A stretch of 64,000 bases of DNA, taken from positions 1 to 64,000 of the forward strand of contig JAXLNO010001028.1 in assembly GCA_038087875.1 (NCBI GenBank), read 5' to 3'. Below, in pieces: positions 12,363 through 24,850 of the stretch. Below the pieces are notes generated by a model. That model saw only the letters and a program-made list of their open reading frames with translations, made no database searches and had not been told where the DNA came from. The position numbers and the translations under genes were made by a program. The DNA is from Malacoraja senta. Lineage: Eukaryota. How positions within the stretch are numbered: the stretch's first letter is position 1; the number at the start of each line of letters is the position of its first letter.

Positions 12363-12704
12363 TGACGTTGACCTGTTTCACACAGCAACCGACGAAGCCC
12401 CCCTCCCCAGGTCTACTGCTACTCCACTCCTGTCTGGAAACACATAGCATCAGCATTATACTGCTCACAGCTCAGCCACAGGCAAACCTGCTGCCGTGCC
12501 ACACCCCAGGGGCATCTTGATGCATCTGCAGATACTGTGGCCGACAACATCAACACCAAAACATTTGTGGCGTGATGACACTGATATGACGCCGGCAGTC
12601 ACCGAAAAAATTGCCAAGTGGGGCAGGCCGTTAAATGAGTTATTTATCTCTATCGTTGTGAGCAGTTGATTAAGTCTGGAAACTGCCGCGGCGCAGCTCT
12701 GCAC

Positions 12705-12748
12705 CTTTCCACAGCAGATTCCATTTCCTTCACCTTCTGCAACAACAT
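12705..12748 (-). CDS. SUN-like gene, short coiled-coil exon (MLLQKVKEMESAVE-R)
   Basis: ttcctag acceptor, gtgcag donor; 44 nt ending in phase 2, matching the phase-2 start of the next exon. Confidence 0.6.
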
Positions 12749-13334
12749 CTAGGAATAGAAATTAAAAACAAAGTTTATTTTCAAGTTTGGAGGCTTATTA
12801 ATTCTACTCACAGCTACTTATTTCACAACATACACGTCAAATTTACAAATATGTAATGCAGGAAAGTCACTTTTCCATACTTCATATTTCCTTATGACAT
12901 AGGCCATTTCAGCCCATCAAATCAATGCCAGCTCTCAGAGAATCCCAGTCCTTCACGAATTGTCCTTGAAACTAGTTCCTCACAAATTCCCATCAATTGC
13001 CCGCAGAATCCACCATTCAATTGAAAGCAAACTTCACTGAACTGTAGCAGCTTAACACCCAGAAGATGTGAAATGCAGGGAATTCTCTGTCCAAGTGACT
13101 ACGGAGTCCAGAATTGAGACCAGTTCAACACTGAGATGACTGGCCTTAATATTACGTAATTGAGAGTATGGCCTTAAATGGTGCCGAGATAAATGGTCTG
13201 ACTGAAAGGCAGAGCAGCTGAGGGCAGCATGGTGGAACCAGAGGCCCAGGTTCGATCCCACTACGGGTGCTATCTGTACGGAGTTTGTACATTCTCCCCG
13301 TGACCTGCGTGGACGTTCTCCAGGTGCTCCGGCT

Positions 13335-13710
13335 TTGGTATGAAAACGCTAAAGCCGCCTTTGGTTTGAAAACGCTAATGTTGCCTTTGGTTTGAAAACG
13401 CTAAAGCCGCCTTTGGTTTGAAAACGCTAAAGCCGCCTTTGGTTTGAAAACGCTAAAGCCGCCTTTGGTTTGAAAACAGCTAAAGCTGCCTTTGGTTTGA
13501 AAACAGCTAAAGCTGTCTCGTTTGAAAACGCTAATGCTGCCTATGGTTTGAAAACGCTAAAGTTGCCTAAGGTTTTAAAACGCTATGTGGACAAAAGTGC
13601 TGGAGAAACTCAGCGGGTGTAGCAGCATCTATGGAGCGAAGGAAATGGGCAACGTTCCAAAACGCTATCGTTGCCTAAGGTTTGAAAACGCTAAAGTTGC
13701 CTTTGGTTTC
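13335..13710. repeat. 26-bp minisatellite (tttggtttgaaaacgctaaagccgcc), resuming at 15151-15220
   Basis: About a dozen tandem units; interrupted by a 72-bp insertion (13587-13658, TSD AAAACGCTAT) and by an L1. Confidence 0.9.
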
Positions 13711-15150
13711 TATTACTGGGCGACTAATATCAAAAACGTAATCTACTGGATGGATGACACATGCCAACAGGTAAACTGGTTAAAAATGGAGAGGGAAGAT
13801 TGTTTGCCTTTTAATATAGCGCAATTCTTCTTTCTCCAACACATCTGAATAAATCAATGTATGAGCAAAATCCGATAATACACAGTACCCTACGCATTTG
13901 GAAACAGGTGAAATCAAACCTCAAACTGAGAAATTTCTCTCTCCTTTTACCAATCGCTAATAAACCCTCGTTTAAACCGTCTAATTTAGATAAGGCGTTT
14001 GCACAATGGAAAAACTCAGGAATTTAAACGGTGGGAGATCTTTACGAGAAGGGGATTTTCCTCTCGTTTCAAGAATTACAGGAGAAATATCACTTGAAAG
14101 CAAGTAATTCTTTCAGATATCTTCAAATCCGAGACTATGTGAAAACATATACACAAGACTGTCACTCTATGGGTCCAGATATACTAGATGACTGCATGAA
14201 TAGACATGTTGATACAAGCAAGTTAATATCCTACATTTACAATACTCTTTTAACTGCATACATCCCATCTTCTGAGAGGCATAGGCGAGCATGGGAATAC
14301 AAATTGGGTTTATTAATTTCAAAAGATAGCTGGGAGGAAAGCCTTCTATACATACACTACTGCTCTCTCAATGTTCGGCACTCCCTGATACAATTTAAAA
14401 TACTGCATAGACTCTACTATTCAAAGACCAAATTAAACAAGATCTTCCCAAATGTCTCTCCTATTTGTGATAAATGTCTCTTCCAAAAAGCGACTATAAC
14501 CCATTCATTTTCCTCCTGTATAAAGTTACAAAACTTCTGGAGGGGAATATTTGATATCTTCTCCAAAATACTTAACATTAAATTGGAACCAGATATAAAA
14601 CGGATCACTTTAGGTATGTCAGATGCCTGCTCTAAATTAACGACATTCCAAAGACGTTTCCTCAACTATGGCCTAATAACGGCGAAAAAATTAATACTCA
14701 AATTCTGGAAACAGATAACAGTCCCTACAGTGAAGATGTGGATTACTGATGAGTCCGATACACAACATTTGGAAAATATTAGGTTTGTCTTGGCGGGAAA
14801 AGCAGATCAATTTCTTAAGACATGGTTCCCTTTTACTGAAATTCTGCAACAACAGAATGGTTAAACACAAATTTAAACCCGATGCCAGGGATAGGTGAGG
14901 GGGGAAGGTATATTTCCTTTTTTTTCTTATTTCTTTTCTTTCTCTTGCACTTCTTTGGTACCTTAGGGTCTATTTTCTAGCTTGTTCTTATTTTACTTCT
15001 CTTTTGTCATTCTTTTATTTTCTCTCTCTTTTTTTTCGATTTAGGTTCTAACGTTAAAAATGAAGCTGTACAATAATTGTATAAGTGTTATGTTGATTGC
15101 CTTATCCTTGTATAATCGCTTCTAATAAAAGAAATTCAAAAATAAATAAA
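13711..15150 (+). mobile_element. 5'-truncated fish-type L1 (ORF2 C-terminus plus 3'UTR and A-rich tail)
   Basis: ORF 14031-14864 with QFKILHRLY...CDKC...THSFSSC...FW zinc-knuckle; AATAAA and A-rich tail at ~15124-15150. Confidence 0.85.
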
Positions 15151-15220
15151 CCCGCTAAAGCTGCCTTTGCTTTCAAACCGCTAAAGCTGCCTTTGGTTTC
15201 AAAATGCTAAAGCTGCCTTT

Positions 15221-16161
15221 AGACAATAGATAATAGACAAGAGACAATAGGTGCAGGAGTAGGCCATTTGGCCCTTCGAGCCAGCACCGCCATTCAATGT
15301 GATCATGGCAGATCATCCCCAATCAGTACCCCGTTCCTGCCTTCTCCCCATATCCCTTGACTCCGCTATTTTAAGCCCTATTTAGTTCTCTCTTGAAAGC
15401 ATCCAGAGAAACTGCCTCTACCGCCCTCTGAGGCAGAGAATTCCACAGGCTCACCACTCTCTGTGAGAAATAGTGTTTCCTCGTCTCCGTTCAAATGGCT
15501 AACTCCTTATTCTTAAACTGTGGCTTCTGGACTCCCCCCAACATCGGGAACATGTTTCCTGCCTCTAGCATGTCCAAGCCCTTAACAATGTTATATGTTA
15601 CAATGAGATGCCCTCTCATCCTTCTAAACTCCAGAGTGTACAAGCCCAGCTGCTCCATTCTCTCAGCATATGACAGTTCCGCCATCCCGGGAATTAACCT
15701 TGTAAACCAACGCTGCACTCCCTCAATAGCAATAATGTCCTTCCTCAAATTAGGGGACCAAAACTGCACACAATACTCCAGGTGTGGTCTCACTAGGGCT
15801 CTGTACAACTGCAGAAGGACCTCTTTGCTCCTATATTCGATTCCTCTTGTTATAAAGGCCAACATGCCATTCGCTTTCTTCACTGCCTGCTGTACCTGCA
15901 TGCATACTTTCATAGACTGATGAACAAGGACCCCCAGATCTCGTTGTACTTCCTTTTCCCAACTTGACGCCATATAGATAGTAATCTGCTTTCCTGTTTT
16001 TGCTACCAAAGTGCGTAACCTCACATTTATCCGCATTAAACTCCATCTGCCATGCATCTGCCCACTCCTCCAACCTGTCCAAGTCACCCTGCATTCTCAT
16101 AGCATCCTCCTCACAGTTCACACTGCCACCCATCTTTGTGTCATCTGCAAATTTGCTAATA
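15221..16161 (-). mobile_element. CR1-type LINE 3' fragment
   Basis: SKFADDTK, RDLGV, YRALVRPHLEYCVQFWSP; (tagacaa)n tail. Confidence 0.9.
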
Positions 16162-17181
16162 TTAAAAACATAGAAACATAGAAAATAGGTACAGGAGGAG
16201 GCCATTCGGCCCTTTGAGCCAGCACCGCCATTCATTGTGGTCATGTCCCCTATCAATAACCCGTGCCTGCCTTCTCCCCATATCCCTTGACTCCACTAGC
16301 CCCTAGAGCTCTATCTAACTCTCTCTTAAATCCATCTAGTGACTTGGCCTCCACTGCCCTCTGTGGCAGGGAATTCCATAAATTCACAACTCTCTGGGTG
16401 AAAACTTTTTTCTCACCTCAGTCTTAAATGACCTCCCATTTATTCTAAGACTGTGGCCCCTGTTTCTGGACTCGCCCAACATTGGGAATATTTTTCCTGC
16501 ATCTTGCTTGTCCTGTCCTTTTATAATTTTATATGTTTCTATAAGATTCCCCCTCATCCTTCTAAACTCTAGTGAATACAAGCCTAGTCTTGTCAATCTT
16601 TCCTCATATGACAATCCCGCCATCCCAGGGATCAATCTCTTGATCCTACGCTGCACTGCCTCAATCACAAGGATGTCCTTCCACAAATTATGAGACCAAA
16701 ACTGTACACAATACTCCAGATGTGGTCTCACCAGAGCCCTATACAACTGCAGAAGAACCTCTCTACCCCTATACTGAAATCCTCTTGTTATGAAGGCCAC
16801 CATTCCATTAGTTTTCTTCACTGCCTGCTGTACCTGTAAGCCAACTTTCAGTGACCGGTGTACAAGGACGCCCAGGTCTCGCTGCACCTCCCCCTTACCT
16901 AACCTAACCTAACCCCATTGAGATAATAATCTGCCCCCTTGTTTTTGCTGCCAAAGTGGATAACCTCACATTTATATATATTATACTGCATCTGCCACGC
17001 ATCTGCCCACTCACTCAACCTGTCCAGGTCAACCTGCAACCTCCTAACATCCTCTTCACAGTTCACACTGCCACCCAGCTTTGTGTCATCTGCAAACTTG
17101 CTAGTGTTGCTCCTAATTCCCTCTTCCAAATCATTAATATATATGGTAAACAATTGCGGCCCCAACACCGAGCCTTGCGGC

Positions 17182-20164
17182 CAGTGGCGGACTGGCCAGG
17201 GTGTCAGCTTGCCCGATGGCAAGTGGGCCCCCCCCATATCAAATAAAAATGCAATGTAGAACCAAACACAGATAACTGTTTTAGTAATGAAAAGGAATAA
17301 GATGTATCTGGCAGCTAGGATTACTCTGAAAGTTTAATTTTAAAAATATCCACGGTATCAACAGGGATGAACTACTTTTGAGCTAAAATTAGTCACAAAA
17401 ATTAACATTCATTCAATCTCACAGGACTTATCTTATAATAATTAGTTACAATATTCTCAGATTTTACCGCTCCAGTGTGATTTTTAATTCTTTGAAAAGG
17501 TTCTCCCAATACTTAAATGACACCAAATAATAATATACTCCCAAAAAATTTTGGTTGGCAAGTGAGAAAATGTTGTATCAAAGATTTGTCCGTATTTTTG
17601 TCACACACACTTGAAAAGCCTCAGCCTGCCCCCCCCCCCCCCGCTCTTATTGAAGAGATTTTTAATTTTTTGAGTTTTTGTATATGTATAAAAGATCATT
17701 GTTGCATATAACATCTTGTTGCATCATTCACCAGGCGGCCAGACGTGGCGTGGCTCCTTTACCATTCTTTTTATATAGTTTTTCAAGTTTCGTAAAAAAA
17801 AATTATCGGTAAACAATATCCAAATTCAGCTACATGTGAGTTCAAATTTAGATATTAGAAAAACATAATTGTTACACCAGGGTAGGCTCCAGTTATCCAT
17901 AGTAATTATCTGGTTATCAGTGACTGCATTGAAAATATTATATGAAAAGTTAATGAAGCCTGTTCTTCAGCATATGTGCTTAAACATAAGTTATTGTTAA
18001 AGCTATGTGAGAGGTATTATCAATACTCAGGATTTTTTCATATATATATTCTTGTGAATCATTGTTCTCAGTGATGAACATTAAGTATCGTAATAGTAAT
18101 AGCCTTACAGATGAAACTAGTAGTGCTTGAATATCTCTCAAGGTTAACAAATATAAACCGGATATAAAATATGAGTCATCAGCGATGCAGCAGCAGGTCT
18201 CATTGATGCTAAATGTATAAAATGTCCACAATTATTATTGGGTATGTGCTTAAAGGTATTATCTGTGAGCGACTACTTTCAGTTGTGCCAAGTAATGATG
18301 GTACAGGACAGGGACTTTTTGATCTATTGATTGAAACATTACAGCATCTTAAAATTGACCCCCAAAAATGTTTATCTGATAGCACAGATGGCACTGCAAG
18401 CTACCATGGCCAGTATAATGGTTTACAAGGTAAAATTGCTGATGTGGCTGATCAACATGTTCATATACAATACAATACAATACGGTTTTATTCGTCACAT
18501 TGCACATAAAGTGCAAGTGAAATGGTGCAATGCCCATGTCTTGAATTTGGTGATAGCTGAAACAACAAAATGTTGTGAGCCTGCAGTTTCTTTTTTCAAT
18601 TTGCTCCAGAATAGAGCAACTTTTGTGAAAGCATCATACAAGAGAATGGCTGTATGGATAGAAGTTGTTGGAAAACATCTAGGACAAGAAAAAATGAAAC
18701 GATTAAAGCTAATTGGTGAGACCAGATGGTCAGGAAAATCCAATGCAGCAACAACTATATTTGGAAGTTTTGATGATGCCGCTGCCAGTACTTTCGTAAA
18801 TCTATTGACATGATTATCAATGATACAAGATTCAGAAAAGTTTGATGCAAAAACAAAACATGAAGCAAATGTTTTACTTCAAAGTCTTCTAAAGTTTGAA
18901 ACCATATTGACAGCATTTATTTACTTGTATATATTTGAAACTACAACCCCATTATCAAGTTATCTACGGACAAGTGGTTTAGATGTGTTTACTGCATGGA
19001 GTTTGGTAGATTCAGCTACAACAAAGTTGAAGGAACAGACAAGAACATTTAATAACGTTCACAGCAAGGCTTTGGAATTTGTAAAGAAATGTAATGACAG
19101 GATTTCACAGATGAATATGGATGAAAATCAAACATTGGAAATTATTGCGTTGGAAACAGCATTGCCAGTTAAGAGGCAGAGGAAGAAGAAAAGAATGGCA
19201 GATGAGCTTATTGATGATGAAAGAAATTCCTCAGATTCTCTAGCTGATTTTTGAGTAAATGTGTTTAACCCAATAATGGATCGCATTGTCCAGTCACTAG
19301 AATCACGCTTTGTACAACACAAACAGTTGTATAAAGATGTGTCCTGCTTGGACCCAGCAAAGTTTAAAACTATTGCAGAGAAGGGCCTTGAAGATGAAGC
19401 ATTGGAAGGCATTATTAAGCTGTTTCCACAAATCAGCAAAGATCAAGTAATATTGGAATTGTTTTCTTTTGCTTCAAACTTTGATGTATTAAAGTTGCTT
19501 AATGATGGTGAGAATATGGATTCCAGTTGCAACAATTGTAAAATGTGCAGCACTTGCCCATCGAGTGTACTAAACATTCTGGCATCCAACAGACTTCATG
19601 ACTTGATAAAGGCATATGATAACCTTTATCAACTTTATAAAGTCATCTGCACACTATCAGTTACTCAAGTCCAATGTGAGAGGACATTTTCAAAGCTAAA
19701 GATCATAAAGACAAGGTTAAGAAATTCGCTGTCTGAGGGGAATTTGGAATCATACATGTTGCTAACCATTGAAAAGGAATTGTTAGATGAATTGGATGCA
19801 GAAGCAATTATTAGCAGATTCGCACAATCATCTAGCGAACACAAACGATTGCTCTTAATATAGTGGACTGCATGCAATGCTCTATTGTGCTTTTCAACTA
19901 TCTGTTAATGTGTAAATTGTGCAGTAAATTATTTAAAAATATCAACCAATTATTTAAAATTAAAAAAAAAAATTATAACATTCTGTATTTACATTCGGTA
20001 TCTACTGCCAGTAATATGTACAGTACATGTACACTGTAATTACTAAGAACCATTTTTTTCACAAACATTTTAAATTGTACCCTTTTTTCCATATGTATTT
20101 TTTGAAAAATTTATTTATTCGTCGTCTCCTGGCCACCAATATTTTTAGACCCAGTCCGCCACTG
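17182..20164 (+). mobile_element. Complete hAT DNA transposon, ~2.98 kb, defective
   Basis: 14-bp TIR CAGTGGCGGACTGG at both ends; 8-bp TSD CTTGCGGC (17174-17181 and 20165-20172). Confidence 0.95.
18100..19863 (+). pseudogene. hAT transposase remnant with C-terminal hATC dimerisation domain
   Basis: DGTASYHG, WCNAHVLNL, ETRW, SVTQVQCERTFSKLKIIKTRLRNSL; stops near 18811 and 19252 and a 55-bp frameshifting insert at 18468-18522. Confidence 0.88.
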
Positions 20165-21279
20165 CTTGCGGCACTCCACTCGCCACTTCCTGCCATTCTG
20201 AAAAGGACCCGTTCACTCCTACTCTTTGCTTCCGGTCTGCCAACCAATTTTCTATCCATGTCAACACCTTACCCCCAATACCATGTGCTCTAATTTTAGT
20301 CACCAGTGTCCCGTGCGGGACCTTATCAAAGGCTTTCTGAAAGTCCAGGTACACTACATCCACTGGCACCCCTTCATCCATTTTACTTGTCACATCCTCA
20401 AAAAATTCCAGAAGATTAGTCAAGCATGATTTCCCTTTCATAAATCCATGTTGACGGACTAATCCTTTTACTGCTATCCAAATGCCCCATTGTTCAAACC
20501 TCTTTAATAATTGACTCCAGCATCTTTCCCACCACCGAAGTCAGGCTAACTGGTCTGTAATTCCCCGTTTTCTCTCTCGCTCCTTTCTTGAAAAGTGGGA
20601 TAACATTAGCTATCCTCCAATCCACAGGAACTGATCCTGAATCTATTGAACATTGGAAAATGATCACCAATGCATCCACTATTTATAGAGCCACCCCCCT
20701 GAGGACCCTGGGATGCAGACCATCAGGTCCAGGGGATTTATGATCCTTCAGTCCCATTAGCCTACCCAATACTATTTCTCGCCTAATGAAAATGTATTTC
20801 AGTTCCTCTACCCCCTTAGATCCTCTGTCCTCCAGTACACCTGGGAGATTGTTTGTGTCTTCCTTAGTGAAGACAGATCCGAAGTACCTATTCAACTCTT
20901 CTGCCATTTCCTTGTTGCCCATAATAATTTCACCCGTGTCTGCCTTCAAGGGACCCACGTTTGACTTTGCTACCGTTTTTCCCTTAACATCTTTAAGCTT
21001 CTTTACTCAATACTCTGACTGATGAAGGACAAAGTGCCAAAATATTTTTTGACCACCTGATATACCAGCGACTCAACCTTCAAGGAACCATGCAACCATC
21101 AGCCATTCCTCTGCCCACCTGGCTAATTGATCGAGATCCCGCTGCAATCTTTCACAACCATCTTCACTATTTGCAAATCCACTCACTTCTGTATCATCAG
21201 CAAACTTGCTAATCTTGCCCTGTTCTGTGACGTTTCACAGAGTGCTGGAGTAACTCAGCGGGCCAGGCTGAGTACAGAA

Positions 21280-21846
21280 GTTGGGAGGTCATGTTGCAGT
21301 TGTAGAAGTAGTTGATGAGGCCGCATTCAGAGTATTGTATTCAGTTCTGGGCACCATGTAATAGGAAAGATGTCATCAAACTGGAAAGGGTACAGTGAAG
21401 ATTTACGAGGATGTTGCCAGGCCTAGAGGGCCAGAGCTGTAGGGAGAGGTTGAGTAGGCTGTGACTCTATTTGATGGAGCACATGAGGATGAGGGATGAT
21501 CTAATAGAGGTTTATAAAATCATGATTTGAATAGATATGGTTGAGTCTTTTGCACAGAGTAGGTGAATCGAGGAGCAGAGGACATAAGTTAAGGTGAAGG
21601 GGAAAAGATTTAATAGGAATCTGACAGGTATATTGTTCACACAAAGGGTGGTAGGTGTATGGAACAAGCTGCCAGAGGAGGTAGTTGAGGCGGGGACTAT
21701 CGCAACATTTAAGAAACACTTAGACAGGTACATGGATAGGACAGGTTCGGAGGGATATGGATCAAATGTGGACAGGAGGGACTAGTGTAGATGGGACATG
21801 CTGGGCCGAAGGGCCTGTTTCCACACTGTATCTCTCTATGACTCTA
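21280..21846 (+). mobile_element. CR1-type LINE 3' end
   Basis: RPHSEYCIQFWAP, FTQRVVGVWNKLPEEVVEAG and tail gggccgaagggcctgtttccacactgta. Confidence 0.8.
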
Positions 21847-23329
21847 TCTATCTTTCCCTCTCAAACCCATTCTCCTGCCTTCTCCCCATTACCTCTGACA
21901 CCTGTATCAATCAAGAATCTATCAATCTCCTGAAAAATGTCCATTGACTTGACCTCCACAGTTGTCTGTGGCAATGAATTCCACAGTTCACCACCTTCTG
22001 ACTTAAGAAATTCCTGCTCATCTCCTTCCTAAAGGAATGTATTTTAATTCTGAGGCTGTGGCCACTGGTCCTAGACTCTCCCACTAGTGGAAACATCCTC
22101 TCCACATCCACTCCATCCAGGTTTTTACCAGACTGGGACAGACGGCAACAGCTTCACACCGTGTCCCAAAGCTTGTGTCCTGTCCTGCGTCACCCAGGCA
22201 GCAGATACATTATAGGAGAGGGCAAGCACCGTAACAAGTTAGTTCACGATGGTTTGGGTAACATTCAGGAATGTCTATGCATGTCACATCATGAATATAA
22301 CTGAAGAAGGGTCTTGACCCGAAATATAATCTATACCGTTTCTCCAGAGATGCTGCCTGACTCACTGAGTTACTCCAGCACTTTGTCTATTTTCCCTTCA
22401 CCCATCTGCCCAAGCCCACTCTCCCCTCTCCTTTCCTATGTTCCTTTCCACCCATAAACCTCTCTCTGCCTTTACATTTCACTCCTCTGTCAAATCTGCT
22501 CTACTTATCTACATGCATTTTTCTTCTTAACTTTTTAGTCATAGAATGATGCAGTGTGGAAACAGGCCCTTCAGCCCAACTTGCCCACACCAACCAACAT
22601 GTCCCATCTACACTAGTCCCACTCACATGCGTGTGGCCCATATCCATGTAAACCTGTCCTATCGATGTACGTGTCCAAATGTCTCTTAAACATTAGGATA
22701 GTCCCAGCCTTAACTACCTCCTCTGGCAGCTTGTTCCATACACCCACCACCCTTTGTGTGAAAAAGCTAACTCTCAGATTCCTGTTAATTTCTGAAATAT
22801 TGGTCATGAATTTGATACGAAAATGCTCCAAAATAAGGCTCAGAATGCATCAGAGAGCATCTAAAACCCCTGAGCTTCCAGGGCCCTTAAGCGGGCCCTG
22901 GACCGCGGCATCGAGGGACTTCACGCTTCACGCTTGTGATGTGCACAGCGCGCACATTATTTCACATTACAATCTTTTTGTGATCCTGTCATGCCACCCC
23001 CCTTTTTGAAAAGCTTCGTACGGGCCTGAGTTAGGAAGGCATGTTGGTGCTTTACAGGTCATCAGCCACTGTGTAGCACTGGGAGATGGTACTGGTGAGT
23101 ACAGTTTAGTCCTGGCACAGCAGTGTGTACTGATAGGGACAGATCTATCACTGCATAACAGAGAATGCTGGAGAAACTCAAGAGGTCAGGCAGCATCTGT
23201 GGAGTGAATGGACAGACAACATTTTTAGTTGGGACTATTCTTCACACGGATTGTAGTATGGGGGGAGAAAGCTGGAAAAGAAAGCTGCCGTCCAAAAAAG
23301 AAAACTTGAATAAGCCCTTGATATAAGCC

Positions 23330-23838
23330 TGGCCGATTGTTTCACTGAACACCTTCACTCATTCCGCCTGGACCTACCTGATCTCCCGGTTCCCAAACAC
23401 TTTACTTCCCCTTCCCATTCCCACACTGACCTTTCAGTCCTGGGCCTCCTCTTTTGTCAGAGTGAGGCCAAACGCAAATTAGAGGAACAGCATCTCATAT
23501 TTCACTTGGGCAGATTACAACCAGTGGTATGAATATTGAGTTCTCTGACTTCGTAATCCCTGCATTCCCTCTCTATCCATCCCTCCCCCACCCAAGTCGT
23601 ACCAGCTTCAAAGTCCCTTCTCACCTAACAAACAGCTAACAATGGCCTGTTTTCTTTATCATCATTACTTTTGTGCATATCTTTCATTGATTTGATCTAT
23701 AGCTCTCTACATCACCGTCTATATCTCCCGTTTCCCTTTCCCCAGTCTGAAGAAGGGTCTCAACCCGAAATGTCACCTTTTCTCCAGAGATGCTATCTGA
23801 CCCGGTGAGTTACTCCAGCTTTTTGTGTCTATCTTCAG
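23330..23838 (+). mobile_element. Penelope-like element 3' end: GIY-YIG C-terminus, 3'UTR, hammerhead-like motif
   Basis: DLSVLGLL.CQSEAKRKLEEQHLIFHLG.LQP..MNIEFSDF followed by CTGAAGAAGGGTCTCAACCCGAAATGTCACC at 23747-23777 and the terminal arm. Confidence 0.8.
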
Positions 23839-24009
23839 TGTAAGCTATAGCTTGCAAAAGGGTGGTTAATAAATATTATGTGAATGCTGCAGTGGGATTA
23901 AACAATGTCGACAATTGATGCGTAACTGACAGGAAGCAAAACTTTTTGTAAAATATCTCCTTTGTTCTGGAGGTGCATAACAATGTTGTCACTGCCCCTG
24001 TAGCATCTG

Positions 24010-24023
24010 GTGCCCTCTTGTGG
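24010..24023 (-). promoter_or_regulatory. Candidate CTCF site
   Basis: Minus strand CCACAAGAGGGCAC, 13/14 to the CCASYAGRKGGCRS consensus. Confidence 0.4.
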
Positions 24024-24544
24024 TCAAAGTGACAGTAATCTGGAGGTTGCTGTCCACAGATATTTTATTACAAATTTGGAACAAACAAAACTGATGCTGG
24101 GTCTCATCCCGGAATGTCAATAATTTCCTCCCTCCCCACAGATGCTGCTCGACCGCTGAGTTCCCCTAGGCTCCAGCAGTTTGTTTGTTGCTCCACATTA
24201 TGAGAGGCGTAGACAGTCAGAACCATTTCACCAGTTTGGAAATGCTCAACCTTAGAGGCCAGAGCTAGAAAGTGAAAGGGGGAAGGTTTAATGGAGAAGT
24301 AGAGGGCATGTTTCTTTATACAGTGGGCGGGCGGGGGGGGGGCTGGAACGCACTGTATGGGTGGTGGTAGTGCAGATATGATAGTAGGATTTAAGAGACT
24401 TTCAGATAGGCACATGGAAGTGCGGGGAATAGAGGGATATGGGTCATGTACAGGCAGATAAGATCAGTTTAAGTAGGCATCATGTTGGCACAAACATTGT
24501 GGGCCAAAGGGCCATATTGTTCTATTCTAAATTTAATTTCATTT

Positions 24545-24850
24545 TGTTTAGTTTTAGAGATACAGCGCTGAAATAGTCCCTACTTCCTACTGAGTCCGCG
24601 CCGACCAGCGATCCCCATACACCAGCACTATCCGACACAGGTGAGACAATTTACCATTGTTTTTACCGAAGGACAATAACTTACAAACCTGTATGTCTTT
24701 GGAGTGTGGGAGGAAATCAGAGCTCCCGGAGAAATCCCATGTGATCACGGGGAGAACATACAAACTCCTTACTGACAGCACCCGTTGTCAGGATCGAACC
24801 CGGGTCTCTGGCGCTGTAAGGCAGCAGCTCCACCTCTGCGCCATTGTGCC
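24545..24850 (-). mobile_element. HE1-like SINE, full length
   Basis: Head, body and CR1-derived tail all present. Confidence 0.8.

Larger units (their letters stand above)
1872..12748 (-). pseudogene. SUN-domain nuclear envelope protein gene (SUN1/SUN2 family), spliced, probably pseudogenised; 7 exons found; 5' exons and last exon not located in window
   Basis: Seven AG/GT-bounded segments with compatible phases join into a coiled coil plus SUN domain: ...ALKLYSTDRVGLVDYARESAG-GSVIHTRCTETLETKTILSLFGFPLWYQSHSPTAVIQ-PEVYPENCWPFKGSQGFVVIELAVRIRPTAFTLEHIPRSISSSGSIRSAPQD*SVY-GLDDKNQAEGILLGPYTYNEEGDSIQTFEVQ. These match SUN1/SUN2 hallmark motifs. There is an in-frame stop at 2901-2903. Orthologue assignment (SUN1 vs SUN2) cannot be made by eye. 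Confidence 0.88.
16166..20995 (-). mobile_element. CR1-type LINE (RT region) split by the hAT insertion
   Basis: RT motifs KSCLTNLLEFFE, DFQKAFDKVPH, SGVPQ/GSVLGP continue precisely across 17181/20173; (catagaaa)n tail at ~16170. Confidence 0.92.

Noticed and set aside
13335-13710. 26-bp repeats as a CRISPR array
   Set aside because: Head-to-tail units without spacers.
16345-16370. CTCF-like CCACAGAGGGCAG in CR1 3' regions
   Set aside because: One base short of the consensus spacing and simply part of the CR1 sequence.
18213-19863. Host ZMYM1/ZBED-like gene
   Set aside because: Bounded by TIRs and an 8-bp TSD, with stops and a frameshift.
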